From an uncultured Gemmatimonadales bacterium (lineage in GTDB: Bacteria > Gemmatimonadota > Gemmatimonadetes > Gemmatimonadales > GWC2-71-9), in NCBI GenBank assembly GCA_963844035.1, contig CAWJMT010000035.1, positions 258,764-322,763 on the forward strand: a DNA stretch of 64,000 bases, written 5' to 3'. Below the pieces are notes generated by a model. That model was given only the letters and a program-made list of their open reading frames with translations. It made no database searches and had not been told where the DNA came from. Position numbers and translations under genes: made by a program. This document shows, one piece after another, positions 1-10,926 of the stretch (its first letter is position 1; the number at the start of each line of letters is the position of its first letter).

Positions 1-2067
1 GCCGGCCTGGGCCGCAAGCTTCGCGTCCTTGTCCTTGAGCGTCGATGACAACGCCTGGTACATCAACCCATACAGCGCGATGATCCCTTCCGACGGCCGG
101 TCCACCCAGCCGCGCGGCCGGGGTTTGGCCGCCGTGCTCGAGTGGTACACGTCGAGCATGAGCGCGGTGGTGCGCGGGATGTTGGCGTAGCCGAGCTGGC
201 CGATCGCTTGAATACTGTCGGACGGCACGATCGGCGTGTAGTGCAGCTTGCGGGCGAAGCCCTGGCCCTCAACGTAGGCGGTGAGGCCGAACTGATCGGC
301 GTACAACCCCACCGTACGCGAGAAGTAAATCGGCCGCTTCCCCTGATTGTCCTTGATCGCCTGCAGCACCACGACATCGGCGCGCTCCAAGTACTCGCGA
401 CCGATCAGCCCGGGATCGAGCGTGGTGACGATCGTGCCCAGCGACACGTTGGTCTTCTTGTCGAGCACGTAGTAAGGCTGAAGCGCGGCGAGCTGCTCGT
501 CGGAAATGTTCAGCACGCGGTCCGTCGGCTTGGGCCAGCTGCGTCCCTGGTAGATCGCCGGCGCGCGCGCCGAATCGAACGTGAACACCGGGCGGCGCTG
601 CATCTGCCGCAGGTACCAATCGGTGTTGCCGAGCGAGAGGTTCAAGACGGTGACGTCCTTGCGGACGCCCTCCACCTCCTGGGCGTACCACAGGGGGAAG
701 GTGTCGTTGTCGCCCGCCGTCACCAGCACGCCATAGGGCTCGACCGACTGCAGCATGTCCACCGCGAAGTCACGCGCCAGGGTCTCGCCGGCGCGCGACG
801 CGGTGAGACGGTTGCCGACCAGCGGAATGAGCGAGAACAGCAGCACCGGCGTAGAGAGGAGCCAGCGCCGCTCCGCATTCGGCTCGCGCTGCGCGAGCGC
901 CTCGCCTACCCATTCCATCAGGGTCGCCAGGCCGATCGCCACCCACAGGCCCCACAGGGCGTACGACGCGATGAAGAAGTAGTCGCGCTCGCGTACCTCA
1001 CGCGGCAGCTGCGGCTTGTCGGGGTACTCGGAGTAGCCGTACTTGAAGTTCAAGTAGAAGATCAACAGCAGCGTGAGCGTGGCGATCAGCGCGGTCATCG
1101 CCGCCGCGGAGCGCTTGTCGGCCTTCCAATGGCGCCACGCGCCCAGCAGGCCGACGGCGCCGAAGATCACGCCGAGCCCGCGGCGTACCGCCGGGTGCCA
1201 ATCGTGTCCCCACTGCCAGGTGAAGTACTGCACCCACATGCCGAGCTGAGCGACCAGCGTGGCCTGCCGCTCGATGAGAGACGGCTTGCCGTACTGCTCG
1301 CGGTTCAAGACCGCCTGCAGCGCGGCCCAGGTGGTGGGCTCGCCCTCGTTGATCGCGGGATAAAAATGCGCGCGGATGTACAGGAAGGCCCACACGCTGA
1401 CCCCCACGGCCCCCACGCCGACGGCGGCGACGAGAAACCGCGGGTTCAAGAGGGCCTTGGGGTCGGTGTAGAGCACGTAGATCAGCACCGCGGGCGCAAC
1501 GAGCAGGCCCATCAAATGATTCGTCGCCGTGAGCGCCAGGATGTACACGATGACGAGCAGATGGTGATCGCGCCGGTCGGCGCTCGTCTGGTCGCCCCAC
1601 CGCACGATCAGCCACAGCACCAGCGCGATCGAGCAGAGGCTGACGGTGTAGACCTTCTCGTTCACGACCGACTGGTTCCAGACGGTGAACGCGGTCGCTG
1701 CGACGATCGCCCCCGCCAGCGCCGCGAGGCGGCGCGGCAAGCTCGCTGGAACGATGGGACGGAGCCAGCGCTCGCCGATCAGGAACCAGCACCCGGCCGC
1801 CACGGCGCTGGTGGCCGCTGCGAACAGGTTGATCCGCGTCGCGTAGGCCGCCGCGAACGGGATCAACCCCCACACGTGCGCCAGCATCACGAAGAAGGGA
1901 TTGCCCGGCGGATGGGGGATCCCCAGCACGTACGCCGCCGCGATGTACTCGGACGTGTCCCAGAACTGTGTGGTCGGGGCCAGCGTGATGATGTAGAGCA
2001 GCAGTGTGCCGAGCGCCACCAGCCCGGCCCAGAGGTACGGCGGTCGTTGCTCGAGGCTCTCGTCCAT
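1..2067 (-). CDS. DUF2723 / TMEM260-like multi-pass membrane glycosyltransferase (partial, runs off left edge)
   Basis: Read manually from ATG at 2067: MDESLEQRPPYLWAGLVALGTLLLYIITLAPTTQFWDTSEYIAAAYVLGIPHPPGNP. The WD..EYI...LGIPHPPG motif and later RERDYFF are typical of DUF2723. Absent from the ORF track because there is no stop in the window. Confidence 0.85.
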   Translation of the reverse strand, partial: MDESLEQRPPYLWAGLVALGTLLLYIITLAPTTQFWDTSEYIAAAYVLGIPHPPGNPFFVMLAHVWGLIPFAAAYATRINLFAAATSAVAAGCWFLIGERWLRPIVPASLPRRLAALAGAIVAATAFTVWNQSVVNEKVYTVSLCSIALVLWLIVRWGDQTSADRRDHHLLVIVYILALTATNHLMGLLVAPAVLIYVLYTDPKALLNPRFLVAAVGVGAVGVSVWAFLYIRAHFYPAINEGEPTTWAALQAVLNREQYGKPSLIERQATLVAQLGMWVQYFTWQWGHDWHPAVRRGLGVIFGAVGLLGAWRHWKADKRSAAAMTALIATLTLLLIFYLNFKYGYSEYPDKPQLPREVRERDYFFIASYALWGLWVAIGLATLMEWVGEALAQREPNAERRWLLSTPVLLFSLIPLVGNRLTASRAGETLARDFAVDMLQSVEPYGVLVTAGDNDTFPLWYAQEVEGVRKDVTVLNLSLGNTDWYLRQMQRRPVFTFDSARAPAIYQGRSWPKPTDRVLNISDEQLAALQPYYVLDKKTNVSLGTIVTTLDPGLIGREYLERADVVVLQAIKDNQGKRPIYFSRTVGLYADQFGLTAYVEGQGFARKLHYTPIVPSDSIQAIGQLGYANIPRTTALMLDVYHSSTAAKPRPRGWVDRPSEGIIALYGLMYQALSSTLKDKDAKLAAQAG

Positions 2068-2079
2068 GTCCGCTCTTGG

Positions 2080-3611
2080 CTAGTGTCGGAATTGGCGGGT
2101 GCCGGTGAGCACCATCGCCATGTCGTGCTGGTCCGCGGCCGCAATCACTTCCGCATCCTTTACCGAGCCGCCCGGCTGGATGATCGCGCGCACCCCCGCC
2201 CGGGCGGCCTCTTCGACACCGTCGGCGAACGGAAAGAACGCGTCGGAAGCTAACACCGCGCCCGCCGGATCGTGCCCCTGCTGGCGCGCCTTGTGGACGG
2301 CCATGAACGAAGCGTCCACCCGGCTGGTCTGGCCCCCGCCGATGCCGATCGCCGCTTCGGCGCGCGCCAGGAGAATCGCGTTCGATTTGACCGCCCCGAC
2401 CGCTGCCCAGGCAAACCGCAGGTCACGCCACTCGGTCTCGTCCGGCGCGCGCCGCGTTGCGACTTTCCACGCCGCTTCGCCCGCCGGCTGGAACCGGTCC
2501 TGCGCGAGAAACCCGCCGCGCAACCGCTTGAAATCAAGCCCGGCGCCGCCCGGCGGGAAGGGCAGGGTCACCACGCGGAGATTTTTCTTCTGCTGGAAGG
2601 TGGCGAGCGCATCATCCGCGAACCGCGGCGCGACCACCACCTCGACGAACAGGTCGCGCATCGCCTCGGCGGTGGCCCGGTCTACTTCGACATTGAACGC
2701 GATCACCGACCCGAACGCCGACGTCCGGTCGGTGGCGAGCGCGCGCTCGTAGGCGTCCTGGGCGCTCCGGCCCAGCGCGATCCCGCACGGCGTGGTGTGC
2801 TTGATGATGGCGCACGCCGGGCGGTCGGTCCACAAGGCGGCCGCCATCAGCGCGGCATCCAGGTCGAGCAGGTTATTGAACGACAGCTCCTTGCCGTGGA
2901 GCTGTCGCAGGTCACGAACGCCGGGCTCGTCGCCCGAGTACAGTGCCGCGCGCTGGTTGGGGTTTTCCCCGTAGCGCAGGCTCTGCTGCTGCGACAGCAC
3001 CAGCGCCAACGCCGGTGGCAGCTCCGTCGGCGTCGCGCGTGAGATAGTTGAGGATCGCGGCGTCGTACGCCGCCGTGTGGGCGAAGACCTTGGTGGCGAG
3101 GGCCCGGCGCAGGTCGGGAGTGATCCCCGGGCTCGCGCCCGGGGTGCAGCGCCGCGACGATCACAGGATAGTCGTCCGGTTCGACGACGACGATCACGTC
3201 CTGATGGTTCTTCGCCGCCGAGCGGAGCATCGAGGGGCCGCCGATGTCGATCTGCTCGATCGCCTGCTCGAAGGTCGTCTGGGGTTTCGCGACGGTCTCC
3301 CGGAACGGGTAAAGATTCACGGCGACGAGATCGATCGGCGTGATGCCGTGTTGCTTGAGGGAGGCACGGTCGCCCGGGTGGGCGCGGCGGGCCAGCAGGC
3401 CGCCGTGCACCTTGGGGTGCAGCGTCTTGACGCGGCCGTCCATGATCTCGGGAAACCCGGTCACGTCGTCGATCGGGATGACCGCGATCCCGGCGCGCCG
3501 CAGTGCCTCCGCGGTCCCGCCGGTAGAAACGATCTCCCAGCCGAGTTTGGCGAGTGCCTGCGCGAACTCGACGATGCCGCGCTTGTCGGAGACGGAGAGG
3601 AGCGCTCTCAT
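2080..3611 (-). CDS. purH: Bifunctional AICAR transformylase/IMP cyclohydrolase (frameshifted near 3040-3135)
   Basis: N-terminal part [24 protein letters not shown] in ORF 2847..3611. C-terminal part [27 protein letters not shown] in ORF 2080..3819. Confidence 0.95.
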
Positions 3612-3623
3612 GTGCGGCGCGCC

Positions 3624-4286
3624 TTAGGCCTCGAACGTGATCGCACCATCGCCTCCGGCCATGAACGCGGCGCCCGCAGGGAACAGGCGGACCGGCCGCT
3701 GCGGCAAGCCGCGCTCGGCCAGCGCGATCACGACAGCGGGGAGCAGGCGGTGCTCCGCCTCCAGGACGCGCGCGGCAAGCGACTGCTGCGTGTCGCCCGC
3801 ATGCACCGGGACCGGCCACTGCGCGATGACCGGTCCGTGGTCGAACTCCTCGTCCACGTAGTGGATCGTCGCGCCCGACACGGTGGCGCCGCTCGCGAGC
3901 ACACCCTCATGCACGCGGCGGCCGTACATCCCCGCACCCCCGAACGACGGCAGCAGGGCGGGGTGGATGTTGATCATCCGCAGGTGAAACACGGAGACGA
4001 CCGGAATCGGCACGCGCTTCAGGTACCCCGCCAGGACCACGAGCCGCGCGTCGCCGATCGCCCCCAACATCTCGGCGGGGTCGGTGGGATCGGCCAGCAC
4101 GGCCGTCGGGACGCCGGCCTTCCGGGCCCGCTCGAGCGCGCCGGCCTTCGGGTTGCTCGAGATGACACGCACCACCCGCGCGACGGTGGAGCCGCGCAGC
4201 CCGTCCAGCAGCGCCTGCATGTTCGTGCCGCTGCCGGACACGAGGACAGCGACGGAAAGCGGCGTGGGGGTGGGCGTGGGGGTCAA
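3624..4286 (-). CDS. purN: Phosphoribosylglycinamide formyltransferase
   Basis: VLVSGSGTNMQA, LAGYL, INIHPALLP, HYVDEEFDHGP motifs. Likely TTG start at 4286 overlapping the upstream stop. Confidence 0.95.
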   Translation of the reverse strand: MTPTPTPTPLSVAVLVSGSGTNMQALLDGLRGSTVARVVRVISSNPKAGALERARKAGVPTAVLADPTDPAEMLGAIGDARLVVLAGYLKRVPIPVVSVFHLRMINIHPALLPSFGGAGMYGRRVHEGVLASGATVSGATIHYVDEEFDHGPVIAQWPVPVHAGDTQQSLAARVLEAEHRLLPAVVIALAERGLPQRPVRLFPAGAAFMAGGDGAITFEA

Positions 4287-4705
4287 TGCTGGCGGCAACG
4301 GCTGAGCACCTTCGGTTTCGAGCCGCTGGCGACGCTGAGGGTGAACGGGCCGGCTTGCAGCTTCTCGGTGCTGGTCACGGCAATATGATACACTCCCCGC
4401 TGGGGAAACCGTACGGTGAGCCGCGCATTACACAGCCCGCCCGAATCGTCGTCCTGCAAGTCGTTGGCGAGCCCGGGGCCGTACACGATCAGGTACGCGT
4501 CGAAGCTGTCGGATACGAGATCGATCGTCACCACCGCGCCCTCCGTGGCCACGATCTCCCATCGTTGCACGTAGGTCTTGTCACGGGTCTGGGCGTCGCC
4601 GCGGCGCAGGGCGCCATGGATCGTCTGGCCCACCGCGATCGTGTCGGCGGACGGTGGCGACCCGAGCCACCCCGCGGCCGCGAGCAGCAAATGTGCTCCG
4701 GTCAC
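4283..4705 (-). CDS. Secreted PPC (pre-peptidase C-terminal)-like domain protein
   Basis: VTIDLVSDSFDAYL..DDDSGG..NARL...GVY pattern in the C-terminal part of ORF 4283..4945. GTG at 4705 overlaps the upstream TGA. Confidence 0.7.
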   Translation of the reverse strand: MTGAHLLLAAAGWLGSPPSADTIAVGQTIHGALRRGDAQTRDKTYVQRWEIVATEGAVVTIDLVSDSFDAYLIVYGPGLANDLQDDDSGGLCNARLTVRFPQRGVYHIAVTSTEKLQAGPFTLSVASGSKPKVLSRCRQH

Positions 4706-5250
4706 GCCGCGCGCACAATCTGCTCGGCCGCAGCGGCGAGATCGGCGACGACCGGCACCCCCAGCACACGGGCCTGCTCGCGGTGCTCGGCGCCGCGCCC
4801 CGTTTCCACGAGGAAGCCCCGGCCCCCGAGGACGCGCGCCGGCTCGACGTCGCTCAAGCGGTCGCCCACCCAAAAGGACCGCGCGAAATCGATCCCGAGT
4901 GCTGCCTGCGCATCGCGGAACAGCTTGAGTCCGGGTTTGCGGCACTCACACGGGCCGCTGATCGCCGGGTAATGCGGGCAGAAGTACGACCCATCGAGCC
5001 GCGCGTCGTGCGCGGCGAGCAGCTCGAACAGCCGCTGCTGCACGGCGTTGTATGCGGTCTCGTCGTACATGCCCCGCGCGATCCCCGACTGGTTGCTCAC
5101 GCTGACCACCACAAATCCAGCCGCGTTCAGGCGATGGATCGCCTCGGCCGAGCCGGGGATAAACCGCACCCGCTCCGGTTGGTGCAAGTAGGCCGGGTCC
5201 ACGAGAATCGTGCCATCGCGGTCGAGAAATGCCGCGCGCCGTTCAGCCAC
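4702..5250 (-). CDS. gmhB: D-glycero-D-manno-heptose 1,7-bisphosphate phosphatase (HAD IIIA family)
   Basis: FLDRDGT, SNQSGIARG, CPH..CECRKP, VGDRLSD motifs. Confidence 0.8.
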   Translation of the reverse strand: MAERRAAFLDRDGTILVDPAYLHQPERVRFIPGSAEAIHRLNAAGFVVVSVSNQSGIARGMYDETAYNAVQQRLFELLAAHDARLDGSYFCPHYPAISGPCECRKPGLKLFRDAQAALGIDFARSFWVGDRLSDVEPARVLGGRGFLVETGRGAEHREQARVLGVPVVADLAAAAEQIVRAA

Positions 5251-6605
5251 CGAGCGCAGCCCCCGCGACGCGCACCACGCTCGCGTCATCGCCTGGCAGC
5301 ATGGTGCGCGGGTCGAGGACCACGTGGTCCCCCTCGATGCGTGCGATCACCGGTGGATCTCCGTCGCGCATGCGGGCCACCAGCTCATCGGCGCTGAGCC
5401 CCGAAGGCGCCAGCCGCACCAGCCAGGTAGGGAGCGCGGCCCCGGGGAAGGAACCGCCCCCGACTTCGGAGACGCCTTCGACGGTCTGGGCGTGCGCCGC
5501 GGCGGGCAGCGCCCGCGCGAGCGCCTCAGCGCGGCGGCGCAAGTCGCCCGCGTCGGCGGTGAGCATCTGGAGCACGGGAATCTCGCGGCGCGCGGCCTCG
5601 GGATCGCGATACAGCGCCAGGGTTGCCTCGAGCGCCGCCAGGGTGAACTTGTCGGCGCGCAGCGCGCGGGCCAGCGGATCGCTGCGGCACGCGGCGATCA
5701 CAGTCGTCGTGCCGAGCAGGATGCCGGCCTGCGGGCCGCCGAGCAGCTTGTCGCCGCTGAACACCACTGCGTCCATCCCGCTTGCCACGGCGTCGCGCAC
5801 GCGTGGCTCGCCGGTCAGGCCCCACGGGGCGAGATCGAACAGCAGGCCGCTCCCCAAATCGTACAGGCTCGCGACGTGGGCGTCGCGCGCCAGCACCGCG
5901 AGCGCCGCGGCCGGCACCTCGGTCGTGAATCCCGTCACCTGAAAGTTGGAGCGGTGCACCTTCAACACGAGCCGAGTGGCGGCGCCGATGGCGCGGGCGT
6001 AGTCGTCGGGATGCGTGCGGTTGGTGGTGCCCACTTCGACCAGCGTGGCGCCGGAGCGCGCCAGAATGTCGGGGATGCGGAACTGACCACCGATCTCGAC
6101 CAGCTCGCCGCGCGAGACGATCGCCTCAGCCGCCGCGCGCCAGCGCGCTCAATGCCAGCAGCAGTGCCGCCGCGGCGTTGTTCACCACCAGCGCATCCTC
6201 TGCACCGGTGAGCTCAACCAGGAGATCACGACATAGCAGGTGGCGTGACCCACGCGCGCCTCGGTCCAGGTCGTATTCGAGCGCCACGTATCCTGTCGCG
6301 ACCCGGGCCAGCGCGTCGGCGGCGCGGCGCGCCAATACGGCGCGGCCGAGGTTGGTGTGCAGGACGACTCCGGTGGCGTTGATGACCGACGCGAGCGCCG
6401 GTGCGGCGAGCCGGCCGGCGCGGGTCACGACGGCACTCCCCCAGCCTTCCGGGGGCGCGGCACCGCCGCCGGCCCGCGCCGCCTCGATGGTATCGCGCAC
6501 GGCGCGGACCACCAGCGCACGCGGATGGGTCGCGAGCAACGCGGCCACCGGCAGCTCGGCGAGCAGGGCGTCCACCGCGGGGAGCTGGCGGCGCGGGTCG
6601 CTCAT
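5243..6605 (-). CDS. selA: L-seryl-tRNA(Sec) selenium transferase (one frameshift near 6127)
   Basis: VINATGVVLHTNLGRA, VVNNAAAA, SRGELVEIGG, VGTTNRTH, KVHRSNF, FSGDKLLGGPQ (PLP lysine). Confidence 0.95.
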
Positions 6606-8009
6606 CGCGGCTTGGCCGGCGCCGCCGGCGCCGGGGGTGCCGTACGCGTCGAGTCCTTCTTGGCGGAGCGGCTCCTTGGGGACGGGGACGGCAAGCACCG
6701 CCTCTCCGTTGCAGGTGGCGCCGTTCAGATTCATGGCGCGGACCCGCACGAGGTATTTCTTGCCGGGGACGAGCATGGTGCTCGTGCGGACGACCCAACG
6801 GTCGGTGGGTACCGGCCGGGTGCGGAGCAGCTGGCGCACGTGGGCGGTGTCGACGCGCGCCGCGCCGCTCTCCTTCTGCACCCCGGGCCGGGGGCGGGCA
6901 CCCGCCACTGCGCGCGCGCCGGCGTCGAATCGCGCTTCACCGCGCCACGCGCCGTGGTGTCCTTGGCGCGCTTCAGGGAGTCGGCAATCGCACGCTCGCG
7001 CGTCTGCAGCGAATCGAACACCGTGGTCGTCCAGATCGCCCGCACCGGCACCGCGGTCGTGTCCGGCAGCGCGAACAGGCGCACGCGCGCTGTGTCGAGC
7101 GGGAGGTAGGGATTGATCTGCGACGAGAACGTCATCCGGAACGTGACGGAGTCGGCCGGCGCCGCATCTTGCAGCCGCGGACCGATGGTGTCGTGGGCGA
7201 ACGTCCAGAACATGGTGCTGCGGCTCGTGTCCACGGTCACGGTGACGGAATCGAACGCCTCACGGTCGTCGCGCTGCCGGTTCGAGTTCTGGTCGTGAAT
7301 GGCGTAGACGCGGTACCGGCCCGGCAGGGATGTCCCGCAACGAGAAGGTGCCGGCAGAATCGGTGAAGGTCAGGTACGCGACGGTGTCCGGCAGGTGGGC
7401 GGCGCGGATCAGGGCTTGTGGCATGATCCGCTGTTCGACCCACTGGAGCACGGTTCCCGAGAGTGCGGCATGGGGCAGGGCCGGCCCGGTCGAGAAGATC
7501 ACTTTCTTGCCCTTGCTCATGATGTTGTGCCGCAGGTCGGTGATGCCCGGGAGGATCTCGAGGTGGTACACGCGCCCCTGCTTCCATCCTTCGCGCGGTT
7601 TGATATGAAGTGACGAGCGGTGCCATGAGACGTGCACAGGCCCAGCGACGGGGGAGAGCACGATCTTGCTGGGGAGCCCGCTCAGTGGGCCTCCGCCTTT
7701 GCCCTCTCCGCCCACGCCGCCCATCTCGTCGATCAGCTCGTCGAACCGGATCACGGCATCGCCCTTGAAATCGGCGCGCACCGCACCCGATTCCGGCCGT
7801 GTGACGATGATGCGGGGCGGCAACGAGTCGGGCGGGCCACCTGGTGGCACCGCCATGTTCGCGCACGCGGTCCCGAGTGCGAGGACTAGTGCCGTTCCAA
7901 CAATCTTCGCCGAGCGTCGATGATTGATTGTCCCATGAAGTTGGAACGGCACTAGGAGCAGCCCAGCGACTTCAGCTTGCTGTCCAGCACGTCGCGCTGG
8001 AATCGCCAC
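6602..8009 (-). CDS. Lipoprotein with Ig-like (Big_5) domain; frameshifted near 7320, 6905 and 6670
   Basis: LALGTAC lipobox followed by PPGGPPD..PP...FDE motif typical of Big_5 lipoproteins. Continues through ORFs 6731..7240 and 6126..6908. Proposed GTG start at 8009 with AAGGAG upstream. Confidence 0.65.
7886..7955. mobile_element. 70-bp MITE-like element with perfect 16-bp terminal inverted repeats ending in CTAG
   Basis: CTAGTGCCGTTCCAAC (7886-7901) and GTTGGAACGGCACTAG (7940-7955) flank a relatively AT-rich 38-bp core. Confidence 0.7.
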
Positions 8010-10728
8010 TCCCGCTCCTTTTCGCGCTCCTTGGCGACCACATCCGCGGGCGCCCGGGCGACGAAGTTCTCGTTGGACAGCTTGGCCGTGAGGCCCTTGA
8101 GTAATTGATCGAGCCGCTCCCGCTCGGTGGAGAGACGCTTGCATTCCTGACCGAGGTCGATAGCGCCTTCGAGCGCCACGAACACCTCGGTGCCGTCCCC
8201 CAGCACCGCATGCGCGCCCGCACCGTTCGGCTGCTTGGCGAGGGTCAGGCCTTCGAGCTGCCCGAGCCGCATGATGGTTTCCCGCTCGCCGGCGAACGCC
8301 TCCGAGCCATCGGCGCTGCGGGATACGATGGCGGCTTTGAGCCGCGTTTTGGGCGGCACCCGGTAGTCGGCGCGGATGGCGCGGATCCGCTCTATCGCCT
8401 GCTTCACGCGCTCGAACTGTGCCTCGGCCGCAGCATCCTCGAATTCAGCGCGCCGCTCGGGCCACGACGCGACGGCGAGCAGCTCGTTGGGCTGCCGGCC
8501 CGGGAGCTTCTGCCACAGCTCCTCGGTAATGAACGGCACCACCGGGTGTAGCAGGCGCAGCGCCGAGTCGAAACAGTAGGTGAGCACCCAGCGGGCGCCC
8601 GCTGCTTCGGGGGCGCGCCTGCCGCGGCTAGCCGCGGTTTCACGGCCTCGACGTACCAGTCGGCGAGGTCGTGCCACACGAAGTCAAAGCAGCGCTTCGC
8701 ACCCTCGTCTAGACGGAACTGTTCGAACGATGTAGTGACGTCGCGAATCGTGCGTCTGCAGGCGCGAGAGGATCCAGCGGTCTGCGAGCGTGATGCACGT
8801 CGGCCGGCGCGACCGGGTGTCCCGGAGCAGCGGGCGCCCTCTGGGCTGCTGCGGAGGGAGACCCGGTCGTGCCGGCCGAGTCACCCAGTTGTGCGAGGAC
8901 GAACCGCCCGATGTTCCAGAGCTTGTTCGCAAAGTTGCGACCGGGCGCGAAGGTGGTCTCGAGGTCGTTGGGATCGAGCACGACGTCGGCACCGAGCGAG
9001 CTCCCGGCGATCAGGGTCCAGCGCAGCGCGTCGGCGCCGGTGAGCTTCACGACGTCGAGCGGATCGATGCCGTTGCCGAGCGACTTCGACATGCGGCGGT
9101 GCTTCGTGTCGCGCGCGGTGCCGTGCAGGTACACCGTCGTGAACGGCTTGCGTCCCAGGAAGTGATATCCCGCCATGATCATGCGGGCCACCCAGAAGAA
9201 CAGGATCTCCGGTGCCGTCACGAGCGTGGTGCCGGGATAAAACCGCTTCAAGTCGGGGGTCTCGTCGGGCCAGCCGAGCGTCGCGAACGGCCACAGCCAC
9301 GAGGAGAACCACGTGTCCAGCACGTCGGGGTCCTGCGTGATCTTCCCGTCGCCGCATTTGGGACAGCGGCTGGGATCCTCGCGCGCGGCCCAGACGTGCG
9401 CGCACTTGCCGCAGGTGAACACCGGGATGCGGTGTCCCCACCAGAGCTGCCGCGAGATGTTCCAGTCGCGGATGTTCTCCATCCAGTGCTCGTAGGTCGC
9501 GTTCCACCGCTCCGGCACGATGCGGATCTCGCCCGCGCGGTAGGCCGCGAGCGCCGGCTCGGCGAGCGGTTTCATCTTCACGAACCACTGGTCGGAGAGC
9601 CGCGGCTCGACCACGGTGTCGCAGCGGTAGCAGTGCCGCACCGCGTGCGGATGCGGCTCGATCTTCACGAGGAGCCCTTGCTCCTTGAGCATCCCGACGA
9701 TCTTCTCGCGTGCGGCGAATCGGTCGAGCCCCTCGAGGTCCGCAGGTACGCGAGCGCTTTGACCGCCTGACCGCCCGACCGCCTGACCGCCGCCGTTGTC
9801 TCCCATCGTTCCGTCTTCCCGCATCACGAGCGGCATCGGGAGCTTGTGCCGCAGGCCAATCTCGAAATCGTTCGCGTCGTGCGCCGGCGTCACCTTCACA
9901 AAACCGGTGCCGAATTTCGGGTCCACGGCATCGTCGCCGACGATGGGGATGGTCACGTTCGCGATCGGGACCCGGGCGGTCTTCCCGATGAAGCCGCGGT
10001 GCCGCGGATCGTCGGGATGCACCGCCACCGCGCTGTCCCCCAGCATGGTCTCCGGGACGCGTGGTGGCGACCGTGAGATAGGGCGCCGGTCCTCCCTCCA
10101 CGGGATAGCGGATGTGGTACAGCTTGCCGGTTTCGTCCGTGAACTCAGCCTCTTCATCAGACAGGGCGGTGCGGCACCGGATGCACCAGTGGATCACGCG
10201 GTGGCCGCGGTAGATCAGGCCCGTCTCCCACAGCCGCACGAACACTTCGCGCACCGCCCGCGAGTAGGCCGGGTCAAGGGTAAAGCGCGTGCGGCTCCAG
10301 TCGCAGGAGGAGCCGATCACCTTGAGCTGCTCGAGGATGGTGGCGCCGGTGGTGCGCACGAACGCCCACACCCGTTCCACGAACTGCTCGCGGCCCACGT
10401 CGAATCGGGTTTTTCCTTCCTTGCCGAGCAGCCGCTCGACCACGTTTTGGGTGGCGATCCCTGCGTGGTCGGTGCCCGGGACCCAGAACGCTTCGTGCCC
10501 CCGCATCCGCGCGCAGCGGATCAGGGCGTCCTGGATCGAGTTGTTCATCCCGTGGCCCATGTGCAGCACGCCGGTCACATTGGGCGGCGGCATGAAGATC
10601 ACGTAGGGCGGCTTGGGGGAATCGTTCCGCGCGGTGAACACGCCCGCGTCGAGCCAGCGCTGGTACAACCGCGGCTCGACCTCGTGGGACTCGTACTGGG
10701 GCGCCAGCGCGAAGGTGGGTTGCGGCAT
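7952..10728 (-). CDS. valS: Valine--tRNA ligase (frameshifts near 10058 and 8600-8790)
   Basis: PPPNVTGVLHMGH, PGTDHAGIATQ, WNISRQLWWGH, DVLDTWFSS, RMSKSLGN and C-terminal coiled coil KLSNENFVARAP. Confidence 0.97.
9761..9792 (-). repeat. Four tandem GACCGCC(Y) octamers inside valS
   Basis: gaccgcct gaccgccc gaccgcct gaccgccg; translated as GGQAVGRSGGQ in ValS. Confidence 0.8.
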
Positions 10729-10765
10729 TTCCTTAAGATAGCCCTTCTACTAGAATTCTCTCCGA

Positions 10766-10921
10766 ATGTCCGACCAATCTAATGCTCTGAGCCGTGTCGT
10801 CCGCTGGGGTGCCGTCGGGGTGCTGCTGTGCGTTGCCATCCTGCTGTACTTCCGGATGGGGACTCACCTCGAGCCACTGACCGCGCATCCAGCGGACGCG
10901 ACCGCCCAACCGGCACACTGA
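10766..10921 (+). CDS. 51-aa single-pass membrane protein
   Basis: MSDQSNALSRVVRWGAVGVLLCVAILLYFRMGTHLEPLTAHPADATAQPAH*. One hydrophobic helix; stop lies 5 nt before the thrS ATG. Below the ORF-track size cutoff. Confidence 0.6.
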   Translation: MSDQSNALSRVVRWGAVGVLLCVAILLYFRMGTHLEPLTAHPADATAQPAH

Positions 10922-10926
10922 CCGCC

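Noticed and set aside
142..2253. Long antisense and alternate-frame ORFs (also 47898..49832, 49691..52090, 52490..54808 and others)
   Set aside because: Shadow ORFs expected at high GC, lying opposite well-supported genes.
6120..6135. TGA interrupting selA as possible selenocysteine or autoregulatory readthrough
   Set aside because: The downstream conserved sequence (EAIVSRGELVEIGG) is in a different frame, so this is a +1 indel and not an in-frame UGA.
6126..6908. Apparent fusion of the Ig-like protein C-terminus to SelA
   Set aside because: An ATGA overlap at 6602-6605 indicates separate genes; the fusion arises from an indel near 6670.
10729..10926. T-box leaders for valS or thrS
   Set aside because: No T-box consensus or terminator is visible and the space is occupied by a small ORF.
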